A DNA stretch of 64,000 nucleotides from Squalus acanthias. Its lineage: Eukaryota. Shown piece by piece: positions 34,591 to 46,359 of the stretch; the stretch's first letter is position 1, and the number at the start of each line of letters is the position of its first letter. The translations under genes were made by a program, and so were the position numbers. The stretch covers positions 107,572,001-107,636,000 of the forward strand of contig CM059432.1 in the NCBI GenBank assembly GCA_030390025.1. Direction: 5' to 3'. The notes beneath the pieces were generated by a model. It had not been told where the DNA came from and did not search any database. It saw only the letters and a program-made list of their open reading frames with translations.

Positions 34591-35891
34591 AATAAAAACA
34601 GAAAATGCTGGAGATACTCAGCAGGTCAGGCAACATCTGTGAAGAGAGAAACAGAGTTAACGTTTCAGGTCGATGACCTTTCGTCAGAACTGGAAAAAAG
34701 CAGGAAATGGAACAGATTTTTAAGCAAGGGCAGAGGCTGGGAAAGGGGGGAGGGGACGAAAGAACAAAAGGGAAGGTCTGTGATAGGATAGAAGGCAGGA
34801 GAGGTTAGGAGACATTAAGAGATATTCAAGGCAAAAGGAGATAGTAATGGGACAGGTTAAGAAACAAAGGATGGCTCTAGATGAAGTGTAAATTGCGCTG
34901 GCAGAATGAAAGACGGCTGCCATGTGGGAGAGAAGAAAAAAAGACACAGACAAAAAGTGTGGATGAAAAATATATATATGATAGGGATTGAGGTTATGGT
35001 CTGAAATTGTTGAACTCTATGTTGAGTCCAGAGGGCTGTAAAGTGTCTAATCGAAAGATGAGGTGCTGTTCCTCGAGCTTACGCTAAGCTTCAGTGGAAC
35101 AATGCAAGAGGCCGAGGACGGTGAGGTCTGAGTGGGAGTGGTGTGAAGAATTAAAGTGACAGGCGACCGGAAGCTCGGGGTCCCCCTTACGGACTGAACG
35201 GAGGTGTTCCGCAAAGCGGTCACCCAATCTGCGTTTGGTCTCCCCAATGTAGAGGAGACCGCATCGTGAGCAGTGAATACAGTATACTAAATTGCAGGAA
35301 GTACAAGTTATTCGCTGTTTCACCTGGAAGGGGTGTTTGGGGCCCTGGACAGTGGGAAGGGGGGAGGTATAAGGGCATGTGTTGCATCTCCTGCGCTTGC
35401 ACGGGAAGGTGCCGGGCAAAGGGGAAGGGGTGTTGGGGGTGATAGAGGAGTGGACTAGGGTGTCGCGGATGGAGCGGTCCCTTCAGAATGCTGAAAGGGG
35501 AGGGATGGGGAAGATGTGTTTGGTGGTGGGATCACACTGGAGGTGGTGGAAATGGTGGAGGATGATCCATTGAATGTGGAGGCTGGTGGGGTGAAAGGTG
35601 AGGACAAGGGGAACCCTATCGTGGTTCCGGGAGGGAGGGGCAGGGGTGAGAGCAGAAGTGCGGGAAATAGAACAGACACGGTCAAGGGCCGTGTCGACCA
35701 CGGTAGAGGGGAATCCTCGGTTGAGGAAAAAGGAAGACATGTCGGAAGCACTGGTATGGAAGGTGGCATCGTCAGAGCAGATGCGGCGGAGACGGAGACG
35801 GAGAAACTGGGAGAATGGAATAGAGTCCTTACAGGAGGCGGGGTGGGAGGAAGTGTAGTCCAGGTAGCTGTGGGAGTCAGTGGGCTTGTAG
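34591..35891 (-). mobile_element. 5'-truncated Penelope-like retroelement: RT C-terminus, GIY-YIG endonuclease and terminal repeat (frameshifted)
   Basis: FLNRGFP, RVPLVLTFHP, PCKRRRCNTC, NLVYCIHCSRCGLLYIGETKRRLGDRFAEH, VACHFN. 12-bp TSD tgatataactga at 34579-34590 and 35892-35903. Confidence 0.93.
34655..34691 (-). ncRNA. Minimal hammerhead ribozyme motif (Penelope)
   Basis: Reverse complement reads agttCTGACGAaaggtcatcgacctGAAAcgTTaact. Confidence 0.75.
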
Positions 35892-37077
35892 TGATATAAC
35901 TGAGTTGCTTGCTAGGCCACTTGGCGTGGAACTGGAGTCACATGTAGGACAGCAGGCTTCCCTCCCTGAAGGACATTAGTGAACCAGTTGGGTTTTTACG
36001 ACAATCCAACAGTTTCATGGTCACTTTTACTGATACCAGCTTTTTACTTCCAGATTTTTTTTGAACTGAATTCCATGGTGGGACTTGCACTCACGTGCTC
36101 AGGGTTATTAGTCCAGGCCTCTGGATTACAAGTCTAGTAAGATTAACACTACACTGCCATTGTCGCTGTAAACAGTAAGGAACAATGCCATTTCAAATGC
36201 TCCAGAGACAAAGGTCAATTGATGGGATAGATAGCTCATTGTACTGAATACAAAGTACCTGAAGTGAAGTAAATCTTACTGAAGAATGAGTTCATCCTGT
36301 AACACTGAATGAACGTTCCCTTGCACCAGTGTTGAAAGGCCGACTATCTGGTTACATCAGTACTCCACACTATGGCATTTTACTCTAATCTTTGTCGCGA
36401 GGGATTGCCATTCACTTTCTCTACCCCTTTAAACTGCCGTTTTAGCAGGATTGCTTTCAATGAGGGCAAACTAAAAGTGTCTGCTTACCATATGTAAATG
36501 CAGCTCTGCTCTACGATTTTGCGCTTTCATGCACGGTGATTTGTTACCAGGATTTGGGACAAACATTTTCTCAATTTGAAGAAAACGGGGATCACTAATG
36601 GATCAACATCAACTGGAAACATGAACAAACAGTCCCAATTGTTATGCCTAATTTCATTGACCAGTAAGGGTGACACTAGGTTGCCTATGTGTCATCAACA
36701 AATCTACAAGTGTCCCCTCATGAGGAGGCTCAACTAATATAATAATTCAAACAGAAAATCTAATTTAAACAAAAAGGAAAGTTATAAATCTAAATGATAA
36801 TATTATTATTGGTGTCTACCAGACACTGTGGTGCCCACCGGTCGCGGAAGGCCCCAAGTGTACCAGTGGACATCACATGCGCCCTCCCCAGGGCCACCCA
36901 GGATGGACAAGACCACGGAAGAGAGGTAGGACAGCCAGAGCGACCTCTGTGACCCTCTTTAATCTGTGACAACCCTGTGAGCCACGTTCATTCTGCACCT
37001 ATCATGTGATGGACACGAGATGGGTCATTTTGCGATGTTCCATGTCAGCAAGGAGCCGTCCTTAGATGTGAGCGTGG

Positions 37078-37146
37078 GTCAGAGATAGGGGGTCAGAGAT
37101 AGGGGGTTAGAGATAGGGGGTCAGAGATAGGGGGTCAGAGATAGGG
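37078..37146. repeat. 14-bp tandem repeat, ~5 copies
   Basis: Unit gtcagagatagggg. Confidence 0.9.
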
Positions 37147-37497
37147 CTGCAACACAGTAGTGCCGATTCTCCGACCCACATCGGCCAACAGGAAGCTCCC
37201 CGTTGGCAGCAGAGCCTTGGTACATTACCCCGGAGAAGGGGGCATGACCCCATTTTTAAAAGAAAAAGAGGGAAATTTGAGGGGCTTTTGCAGGCGAGGA
37301 TAGCACCAAGTTTGGCTATGACCAAACAGACTGCTGGCACACACTCGAAGAACGGCAACATGGCCAGCGATGTCCTGTAGAACTATTTTCCAGGCATAAG
37401 TCAGCCTTTCAGGATGGGTAGTGGGGGAAGCGGGTGGCCTTGAAAATGTTATTATAGCTTATGTGTCAAATGTATGTTACAAAGTTCTGTGGATTTC

Positions 37498-38080
37498 AAA
37501 CAACAACTTGCATTTATATAACGCCTTTAATGTTGGAAAATGTCCCAAGGCGCTTCACAGGTGCGTAATCAGGCAAAAATTGACACAGAGACAAAGATGG
37601 AGACATTGGGATAGGTGACCAAAAGCAGAGTTCTCGGAGGGTTGTAGGACTGGAGGAGGTTACAGAGATGAGGCCGTGGAGGGATTTGAATACGAGAATT
37701 TTAAATTCGAGGCATTGGTGGACCAAGTGCCAATGAGGGTCAGTGGGGTGCAGGTCAGGATACGGGCAGCAGAGTTTTGGATGAGCTCAAGCTTATGGAG
37801 AGTAGAAGATGGAAGGCCAGCCAGGAGAGCATTGGAATAGTCGAGTCTGGAAGTAAGAAAAGCATGGATGGGGGGATGGAATTGGTGAAGAGGGAACGGA
37901 GTTTGTGGCGGGGGATCCGAAGACAATGGCTTTGGTCTTCCCAATGTTAAATTGGAGGAAATTTGGCTCATCCGGGACTGGATGTCAGACAAGCAGGCTG
38001 GCAACACCGAGGCAGTGGAGGGGTCAAGAGAGGTGGGGGTGAGGTAAAACTGGGTGTCGCCAGCGTACATGTGGGACCTG
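37498..38080 (-). mobile_element. L2-clade LINE 3' fragment with internal deletions
   Basis: [10 protein letters not shown] and [20 protein letters not shown]...IQNSAARIL. Tail ends tataaatgcaagttgttg. Confidence 0.85.
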
Positions 38081-38754
38081 ATGCAAAACTGCAAGTGGAA
38101 AATGGGACACAGATAAGGACTGCACACTGCACTAAGAAAGAACAATATAATTCAGAGCAGGAAGGAGCAGTGAGTAACCCACAGTGTATCACAACTGATG
38201 GTGTAAAGCATCGTATATACCAGTTCTATTTGGAATCTACCATTTGATTGACGGCAGTGAGGAACAGGGGGGGGGGGGGGTCAATCAAAACCAACATAAC
38301 TGTAATAAAAATATAAATTGGGTTCTTGCTGCAGGGGAGGGTTTTCTCTTTGATTGGTGGGGTTGGGTCTCAGCAACAACTGTTCCAGCTGAAATATTCA
38401 GCCCAAGTGCCAACATCCCCACTGCTTGTTCCTTTTTTATTAAATAATGGGATGCATTTCCTACTAACCAGGTAATCTAGGTAATAGTTTCCACATGGAG
38501 CCCTTGTATTGTTAGAACAGTCAGAGACAAATGCCTTCAACATGAGCCAGTGAATCTAAGAAAAAAGGCAAGCCAATCGAATTACTGGGAAAAGGGCAAT
38601 AAGACCTAGATTAAACAAAAGGAGAAAATACGCATCTAGTAAACTGTCTTCCAAAAATAAACCTAACAAATAGAAATAGAATACTGTGAATTTGTAATTG
38701 CAATCTTTCTCTATTTTCGCACATCTGTTTCCACTCTTCGGAAGACTTTAAAGA

Positions 38755-39188
38755 AATAAAGAATTTCTATAGCGCCTTTCACACCCTCAAGACGTCCCAA
38801 AGTTCTTTACAGCCAATGAAGTACCTTTGAAGTGCAGTCATTGTTGTAATGTAGGAAACACGACAGCCAAGGTTCCACAAACAGAAATGTGATGATGAGA
38901 TAATCTGTTTTTTAGGTGTAGGTTGAGGGAGAAATATTGTCCAGGACACCGGAGAGAACTCACCTGCTCTTCTTTGAAATAGTGCCATAGGATCTTTTAC
39001 ATCCACCTGTGAGGGCAGACGGGGCCTCAGTTTAACATCTCATCCGAAAGACAGCACCTCCAACTCAGCAGCACTCCCTCAGTACTGCACTGAAGTGTCA
39101 GCCTAGATTATGAGCTCGATGGAGTGGGACTTGAACCCACAACCTTTTGACTCAGAGGCAAGAGTGCCACCATTAAGCCATGGCTGAC
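38755..39188 (-). mobile_element. DeuSINE (SacSINE1-like)
   Basis: Reverse complement of the head, Deu domain and tail. Confidence 0.85.
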
Positions 39189-39510
39189 ATATTAGTTTAT
39201 AGACACCATCAATCACGAAGCCACCAGTGTAGATAGGGACACAAGGATGCCCTTGCCTCTATTAGCTTTCCTCTCCACAGATGCCCCCTCTCCGAACAGT
39301 TAAACTTGTCATATACGGGATGTCATTCGTTAGGGCTCCACTTACAGGTTTAGTGTCCGTGTGGAGCTGTTTTGGTTTTGCACCAATATTAAATGCATGT
39401 GGTATAAATTGGATGTTAAGGGCTGAACTGACTCCAAAGGGAAGCAGAGTGAGAGTCATTCCTCTAAGGAGTCTCACTCCAGTGTCAGTTTGGACCCCGA
39501 CTCTGGACTC

Positions 39511-39585
39511 AGGCTGCATTTGCATTGTAACTGCAGCGCTGACGTGAAGTGAAATCACTCTACGGTTGTCGCGTAAATGCAGCCT
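39511..39585. mobile_element. Tiny TIR element (GGCTGCATTT ends); related sequence at 18478-18660
   Basis: aggctgcatttgc ... gtaaatgcagcct. The adjacent tccagtgtcagtttgg block is also present at 18611. Confidence 0.45.
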
Positions 39586-40808
39586 TAGTCAAGGTTGGGG
39601 TTCAAACTTAAATCTACAAGGCTTGGAGTCCATCAGCCTCAGGTTATACAAATAGGGTCATTCCTCCTTGATTAACTCCAGAATATTTAAAAATTTCCAT
39701 TGAAAATTAGATGACAAAAAAAAATTGCATGCTGTAGTTTTGTCCGGCTAGCCTACCTTTGTGGATAAAATGTCCACTGTGAATCTTTCATCTGACTCTG
39801 CAAGTTCAGTAGACTAGATAGAGGATAATGTTTGCGAGTAAACTATTTACAATTACCACTTTTTAAATAGGGTTCAGTGACTCTTTAAGCTATTCTCTCC
39901 ACCAAATGTCAACTCACAAAGTTCAACAAACTGGAGTGAACAGTCTTCCAAACACAGTGAACGGGAATCTTCACAAGTAGAAAACAAATTGACTTCAACG
40001 TCCATAAACCCACCATCTTCCATTTTATTTGAATAGTGGACCCTTTCATATTTTTTTAATTAGATCTAACCTACTTTTGAAAGGAAAATATAAGCTAATG
40101 CTTCACTGAAGCTTGTGTGCAAAATGTGGTGAAATTCTCTGAAATTTCTTGTTGCTGTTTTGCTTCAGTCACAAGCAAGCGGACAGACAGAAACCATTAC
40201 CAACATGTCTCCTCTGGGGTATTATTAACGATAAGACACCCATGAGCTCGCCACACAGTCAACTGCTTCTTTCATGTTAAAAAAAATGAGTTTCGCGGGG
40301 TGGAGGGGGTGAGGGGGGGAATGAGGGGAGCGTTGGGCACTGAACAAGGAGTTAGAGAGAGGTTAGGAGAGGTGACTGAAGGCGCAGTGAAAGAAAGGCC
40401 AGTTCTGAAGGTGAGAGGAGAGATAACAAGGCAGAGAAAGAGAACTGTAGACTACAGGAACATTGTGACACTGATGGCGGTGTCGGAGGGGGATGCAATA
40501 AACAAGTTTGGAGGAGCAAGGGTAGATGTGGCGGTGTAGGATTGGAGGAGAGTGAAGAGACACTGGGCCGTAATTTGCGGCCCCTATGGGTGCATACGAG
40601 GTGTGCACGCGCCCGTAGGATTCGCGCAAGTTCCGGGTTTAGGCATGCGAAGCGCATGCGCTAAAACCTGGAACTTGCGATGTCATGAATTTTCTTGACA
40701 GATGATCCGCATCCCCGGGAAAAGGGACCTCTGCAAGTGGAGAGTTGGGCTATTTGCCCAACTTCTGCCCAGCGAATGCCCGTGAAATTCTTACGCCTGC
40801 TAAAAGCA

Positions 40809-43430
40809 TAACAACAACAACAACAACAACTTGTATTTATATAGCACCTTTAATGTAGTAAAACGTCCCAAGGTGCTTCACAGGAGTATTAAAAGACAAA
40901 TATATTTGACACCGAGCCACATAAGGAGAAATTAGGGCAGGTGACCAAAAGCTTGGTCAAAGAGATGGGTTTTAAGGAGCACCTTAAAGGAAGAAAGAGG
41001 GGTATCGAGGCGGAGAGGTTTAGGCAGGCAACAGAAGGCACAGCCACCAATGGTTGAGCGATTATAATCAGGGATGCTCAAGAGGGCAGAATTAGAGGAG
41101 CGCAGATATCTCGGGGGGGTTGTGGGGCTGGAGGAGATTACAGAGATAGGGAGGCCATGAAGGGATTTGAAAACTAGGATGAGAATATTGAAATCGAGGC
41201 GTTGCTTAACCGAGAGTCAATGTAGGTCAGCAAGCACAGGGGTGATGGGTGAACGGGACTTGGTGCGAGTTAGGACATGGGCAGCAGGGTTTTGGATGAG
41301 CTCAAGTTTACATAGGGCAGAATGTGGGAGGCCAGCCAGGAGTGCATTGAAATAGTCAAGTCTAGAGGTAACAAAGGCCTGGATGAGGGTTTCAGCAGCG
41401 GATGAGCTAAGGCAAGGGTGGAGACGGGCGATGTTATGGAGGTGGAAACAGGCGGTCTTAGTTATGCTGTGGATATGTGGTCAAAAGCTCATTTCAGGGT
41501 CAAATATGACACCAAGGTTGCAAACAGTGTGGTTCAGCCTCAGACAGATGTTAGCGAGAGGGATTGAGTCTGTGGCTAGGGAACAGAGATTGTGGCGGGG
41601 ACTGAAAACAATGGCTTCGGTCTTCCCAATATTTAATTGGAGAAACTTTCTACTCATTGAAACTGGATGTCGGGCAAGCAGTCAGACAATTTGGAGAGCC
41701 GTGGAGGGGTTGAGAGAAGTGGTAGTGAGGTAGAGCTGTGTGTATTCAGTGTACATGTGGAAAGTGACGCTGTGTTTTCAGATGATGTCGCCAAGGGGCA
41801 ACATGTTGATGAGAAATAGGAGGGGGCCAAGGATAGATCCTTGGGGGACACCAGAGGTAACGATGTGGGAGCGGGAAGAGAAGCCGTTGCAGGTGATTCT
41901 CTGGTTACGATTAGATAGATAAGAATGGAACCAGGCGAGTGCAGTCCCACCCAGCTGGACGGCGGTGGAGAGGTGTTGGAGAAGGATGGAGTGGTCAACC
42001 GTGCCAAAGGCTGAGACAAGTCAAGAAGGACGAAGAGGGATAGTTTACATTTGTCACAGTCACAAAGGATGTCATTTGTGACTTTGATGAGAGCCGTTTC
42101 GGTACTGTGGCAAGGGCGGAAACCTGATTGAGAGATTCAAACATGGAATTGCTGGAAAGATGGGCACGGATTTGGGAGGCAACAACACGTTCAAGGACTT
42201 TGGAGAGGAAAGGGAGGTTGGAGATGGGGCGGTAGTTTGCAAGGACGGAGCGATCAAGCGTTGGTGTTTTGAGGAGAGGGGTAATGACGGCAGATTTGAG
42301 GGAGAGGGGGACAGTACCTGAGGAGAGAGAACCATTAACAATGTCAGCTAACATGGGAGCCAGAAAAGGAAGTTGGGTGGTCAGCAGTTTGGTGGGAATT
42401 AGGGTCGATGTAGCAGGAAGTGGGTCTCATGGACAAGATGAGCGCGGAGAGGTCATGAGGGGAGATCGGAGAGAAACTAGAGAAAGATGTGAGTTCAGGG
42501 CTAGGGCAGGGGGGAACCTTAGAGGAAGTTTCGCCCGGTGGGCTAGGGGAAGGAAGGGAAGTGGCAGGGGGAGCTGAACAGATGGTATCAATCTTAGAGA
42601 CAAAGAAGTCCATGAGCTCCTCACACTTGTTGTTGGAGGTGAGGGTGGAGGAGACAGGGGAGGGGGTTTAAGAAGACGGTTAGCGGTAGAGAATAGGAGG
42701 CGGGGTTTATCTTTGCATTCCAGAATGATTCTGAAATAGTGAGCAATTTTGGCAGACGAGAGCAGGACCCGATAATGCTTTCACAGAATCACAGAATCCC
42801 CACAATGCAGATAGAGGCCATTTCGGCCCATCAAGCCTGCACCGACACATATCCCACCCTATCCCCGTAACCCCACGTATTTAATCCCCCTAACACTAAG
42901 GGTCAATTTATCATAGCCAAATCAACCTAACCCGCACATCTTTTGGACTGTGGGAGGAAACCGGAGCACCCGGAGGAAACCCACGCAGACACGGGGAGAA
43001 TGTGCAAACTCCACACAGACAGTCACCCGAGGGCGGATTGATCTGGCGGTGAATGGCTAAACCAGTTGTCCGCCATATAAGTGCAAGTCTGCGTCCCTTG
43101 GATTTAAGGGAGCGGAGATGAGGGCCGTACCAGGGGTAACGGTTAGGGTGAGAGAGAGTAATTGTTTTAATAGGGACTAGGGCATCAAAGGTGGTGGTGA
43201 GGGTATGGTTGAGCAGGTCGGTAGCTGCAGAAATGTCATGGTGAATGGAGGGCCAAAGGCTGGACAGTTAGGATTTCATAAGTGCAGCTGTAAGAGAGAT
43301 GGGAGAGAGTTTTTTCCAGGGGCGGACACAGAAGTAGGGTTGGGTGGGATGTGGAAGGGGGATGTGGGTGGAGAGCGATACGAGGAAGTTGTCAGAGATG
43401 GCCTTATCTGCGATTGACACAATGGGAGTA
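40809..43430 (-). mobile_element. L2-clade LINE, ~2.6 kb, degenerate RT
   Basis: KSAVITPLLK...ANYRPISNLPFLSKVLERVVA, GVPQGSILGP and FHMY. (GTT)n tail shared with the DeuSINEs. Confidence 0.92.
42783..43040 (-). mobile_element. HE1-like V-SINE nested in L2
   Basis: V-domain gtgtggagtttgcacattctccccgtgtctgcgtgggtttcctccgggtgctccggtttcctcccacagtcc and a CR1/HER1-type tail (gattctgt)n. Confidence 0.88.
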
Positions 43431-44099
43431 GTGCCTGCTTTTACCAGCTTAAGACTTTTAAAGAACAGAAAGATTTTAAAAATTCAATAATTTATACATT
43501 TAAAAACCTATGAAATAAGGTAAGTTTATTTTAGCCCCTTTAAAATAAGTATATTTATTTTTCAAATAATTAAAGTTTTGTTTTAAATATTTAATTAAAT
43601 GCCATTTTGATTAATTTTAAATATGTGCTTTTTAAAAATGTATTTGAAGTGTACGTGTATTTTTGGGGTATTCCCATTCATACTTATGGAGGTTCCGTAC
43701 ATACGGAATCCTCATAAGTATGAATGGGGGTCCCTTTCTTTCATTGGTTGGGCCAGCCCACGTGATCCATGGGGCACTTGCTATCCGCCTTCGCCCCTGA
43801 GATATGTGGGTCTCTATGGAGGCCTACGCATAGAGGCCCAGGAGCACAAGTGTCCGTACCTCCGGGACCATCAGGTAAGTTCTTAGATTTTTTGCTGGTC
43901 GGAGGCATCCGCCTGCGGGAAGCCTCCGACCACAATTTCAGGGCCATGGTGTAATGAAGCCATGGATCAATTTGAAGACAAGAACAAGGTCTTTGAAACT
44001 GAGTAGGTCAGGGAGGACAGGGGTGATGGATGTGTGGGACAGGATACGGGCCCAGAGCTGTGGATGAATTTGGAGTTTGTGGAACTGGGGGGGATTTGA

Positions 44100-44452
44100 G
44101 GGGTCTAAACAGAGTAGATAGAGAGAAACTGGTCCCATTGCAGAAGGGTCGAGAACCAGAGGACACAGATTTAAGGTGATTGGCAAAAGAACCAAAGGCA
44201 ACATGAGGAAAAACTTTTTTACGCAGCGAGTGGTTAGGATCTGGAATGCATTGCCTAAAAGGGTGGTGGAGGCAGATTCAATCATGGCTTTCAAAAGGGA
44301 ACTGGATAAGTACCTGAAGAAAATAAAATTACAGGGCTACGGGAAAAGGGCGGGGGAGTGGGACTAGCTGAAGTGCTCTTGCAGAGAGCTGGCACGGGCT
44401 CGACAGGCCGAATGGCCTCCTGCTGTGCTGTAACCATTCTATGATCCTATGA
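44100..44452 (+). mobile_element. CR1 LINE 3' end
   Basis: TRGHRFKVIGKR...MRKNFFTQRVVRIWNALP and a tail ending attctatgat. Confidence 0.9.
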
Positions 44453-45798
44453 TAACTGAAAAGAGCGTTGGAGAACTTAAGCTTTGAGGTGATGTAGACA
44501 GGGCATGGAAGGTTTCAACGGAGATGGGGTAAGGTGGGCGAGTAAGTAGACAATGATCTGGAGATGAAAGTAAGTAATCTTGGCATTGGAGCAGATATTG
44601 GGTCTGATAGCTCAGTTCAAGGTCAGGTAGAACACTGAGGGAGTGCAAAATCAGGTTCAGTCGCCAGGGAGCGAAAGATGTAATCAGGGACCTGAGCTGT
44701 GATATTCCTGGCAGAAGCCAAACAGGATGGGTACAGTATCTAAATGTGGCTAAAATCTGAAATCATCATTCACTCCCTGGAGGCAAAATGTAGGCGACGT
44801 GACCATGAATTATTTCACTGGTGGGAAAGTCTTTCTTGCTTGTAGCACTAATGAGTTGCTAACCCTGATGAATAAACATTGGTGATTTGCCCTGCCCGCT
44901 GGTGTGGGTAGCAATCTTTAATTAGACAATAACTAAAATACAGCCACATTTTACCATTAGAACATTTCGCATATCCAGGTTAAAACATGAAATCAGAATG
45001 CATACACTGAGCTCATTCACAATACAGACTATATTCTAAATAGAAATGTAAATTCTCCTTCATACTTCTGTGATTTGAGACTAGGAAACGCATTAACCCT
45101 TTCCCTTCAAAATAAAAATCAGGAAGATGTGCAAGAATTCATTTATTTGTAAACCTATTTCAGTAAATCCCCACATTGCCAGCTCTGGTTTAACACAAGG
45201 ATCTCCGCCACAACTGTATAGTGCCTGACCCTCTCCACTGCGCTTCTCAGTGACCGTGTGGTGAGTGTTGGGAGCCTGGGATGACTTTCTAGCCATCACT
45301 GCCAGAGATTTGCCAAAGACTCGAGCTAAATAGTTAATGTAAACCGTTTACAAACATGAGCTGCTAACAGACAGTTTGAGGCTAAGTCTGTACCACATAA
45401 ATCATAAAAGCTTTTGAATGGGGAATTCCTTTCCATGCCCTCATTCATGTCCTCACCCAACCCCCGTTCCCCAAAGTACAAAGTCTCCTTTTACCAAACT
45501 AGGGAAGTCTGTGATTGGAAAGTTAGTAAAGTAAAACTTAAAGGACTGTTGAGATATAAGAGAAACCTCATTGTAAATACTGGCTCACTTTTACAATTAA
45601 AACATTTCTATTCTCCAAATTGCAACGTAAATTCAAGAGCACATCAACTGATCTTAGTCACAGTGCAGACTGCATGCTAATCCTTCCTAAGTAGAGGATA
45701 AAGTCTCCTTCATAACTTCTGTGATTTGAGACTAGATACACACTGCTGTTGAAGTTTTACCCTCATCCCCCACCCCTCTCCCTCCTGCTGGTCCTTAC

Positions 45799-45878
45799 CT
45801 TCCAGAACCTGGGCGGTGTTGGTCATTCTGCAGCACCAGAGTAAAAGGAGCATCTGGGCCAGGGTGGTCTTGCAGAAC
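45799..45878 (-). CDS. col15a1: Host gene coding exon 2 (signal peptide), probably multiplexin collagen XV alpha 1
   Basis: Acceptor gtgtggcag|G after a pyrimidine tract, donor GAAG|gtaagg. Spliced to exon 1 it gives MDYRFCKTTLAQMLLLLWCCRMTNTAQVLE plus phase 1. The exon itself is well supported; the gene name is inferred only from exon architecture. Confidence 0.55.
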
Positions 45879-45992
45879 CTGCCACACACACACGGAGAGA
45901 GAGAGAGGGGAGGAGGAACCAGAGAGCAAGTCAGCAAAAGACAGGCAGTAAATAAAAAACAGAAGGCTAGAGAGAGTGGATACAGCTCCTAC

Positions 45993-46003
45993 CTGTAATC
46001 CAT
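45993..46003 (-). CDS. col15a1: Host gene exon 1 coding part (11 nt: ATG GAT TAC AG); 5'UTR extends to roughly 46205
   Basis: ATG at 46003-46001, donor CAG|gtagga and a 114-bp intron 1. An 11-nt first coding exon is the COL15A1/COL18A1 pattern. Confidence 0.5.
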
Positions 46004-46235
46004 ATCTGATGTTAAGGGAGTGAGCCAGTTATGGCCACATCGATGGGAGTTTGGAGTCCGCCTCAGCCGCCAGCGAGCAGAGCGAGTGACAAAGGCTGCG
46101 ACTGAGAGACTCAACTTTCTAACACACACACACTGTAATCTGAGCCCTTCTCTCTAAGGAGAGATACAGACAGCAGTCTGCCAGCCCCAGGCTGGACCCC
46201 CCTCCTGCCGGACCTCCCTCTTTCCCCACCTCCCG

Positions 46236-46248
46236 TTTATATATATAT
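46236..46248 (-). promoter_or_regulatory. TATA box of the host gene
   Basis: ATATATATATAAA on the minus strand within a GC-rich, non-repetitive segment ~235 bp upstream of the ATG. Confidence 0.6.
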
Positions 46249-46359
46249 GGAAAACCCCTCCTCCCGACCTGACCCTCCTCACTCAGTCAGAGGCGAGTAA
46301 CCAGTCCACACAGCTCCGGCTCCCGAGCAGGCGGCTTTCAATAAGTGAAGGGATACAGA

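Larger units (their letters stand above)
34435..36155 (-). mobile_element. SINE B copy split by the Penelope element
   Basis: Tail at 34435-34570. Body and head at 35904-36155. Confidence 0.7.
40565..43945. mobile_element. Harbinger-type MITE split by a nested L2 (halves ~40565-40808 and ~43432-43945)
   Basis: Imperfect TIRs gggccgtaatttgcggcc and gaccacaatttcagggcc. No matching TSD. Confidence 0.55.

Noticed and set aside
39262..39558. ORFs on both strands with an acceptor-like ctctccacag
   Set aside because: They overlap a repeat also present at ~18600, and there is no recognisable protein similarity.
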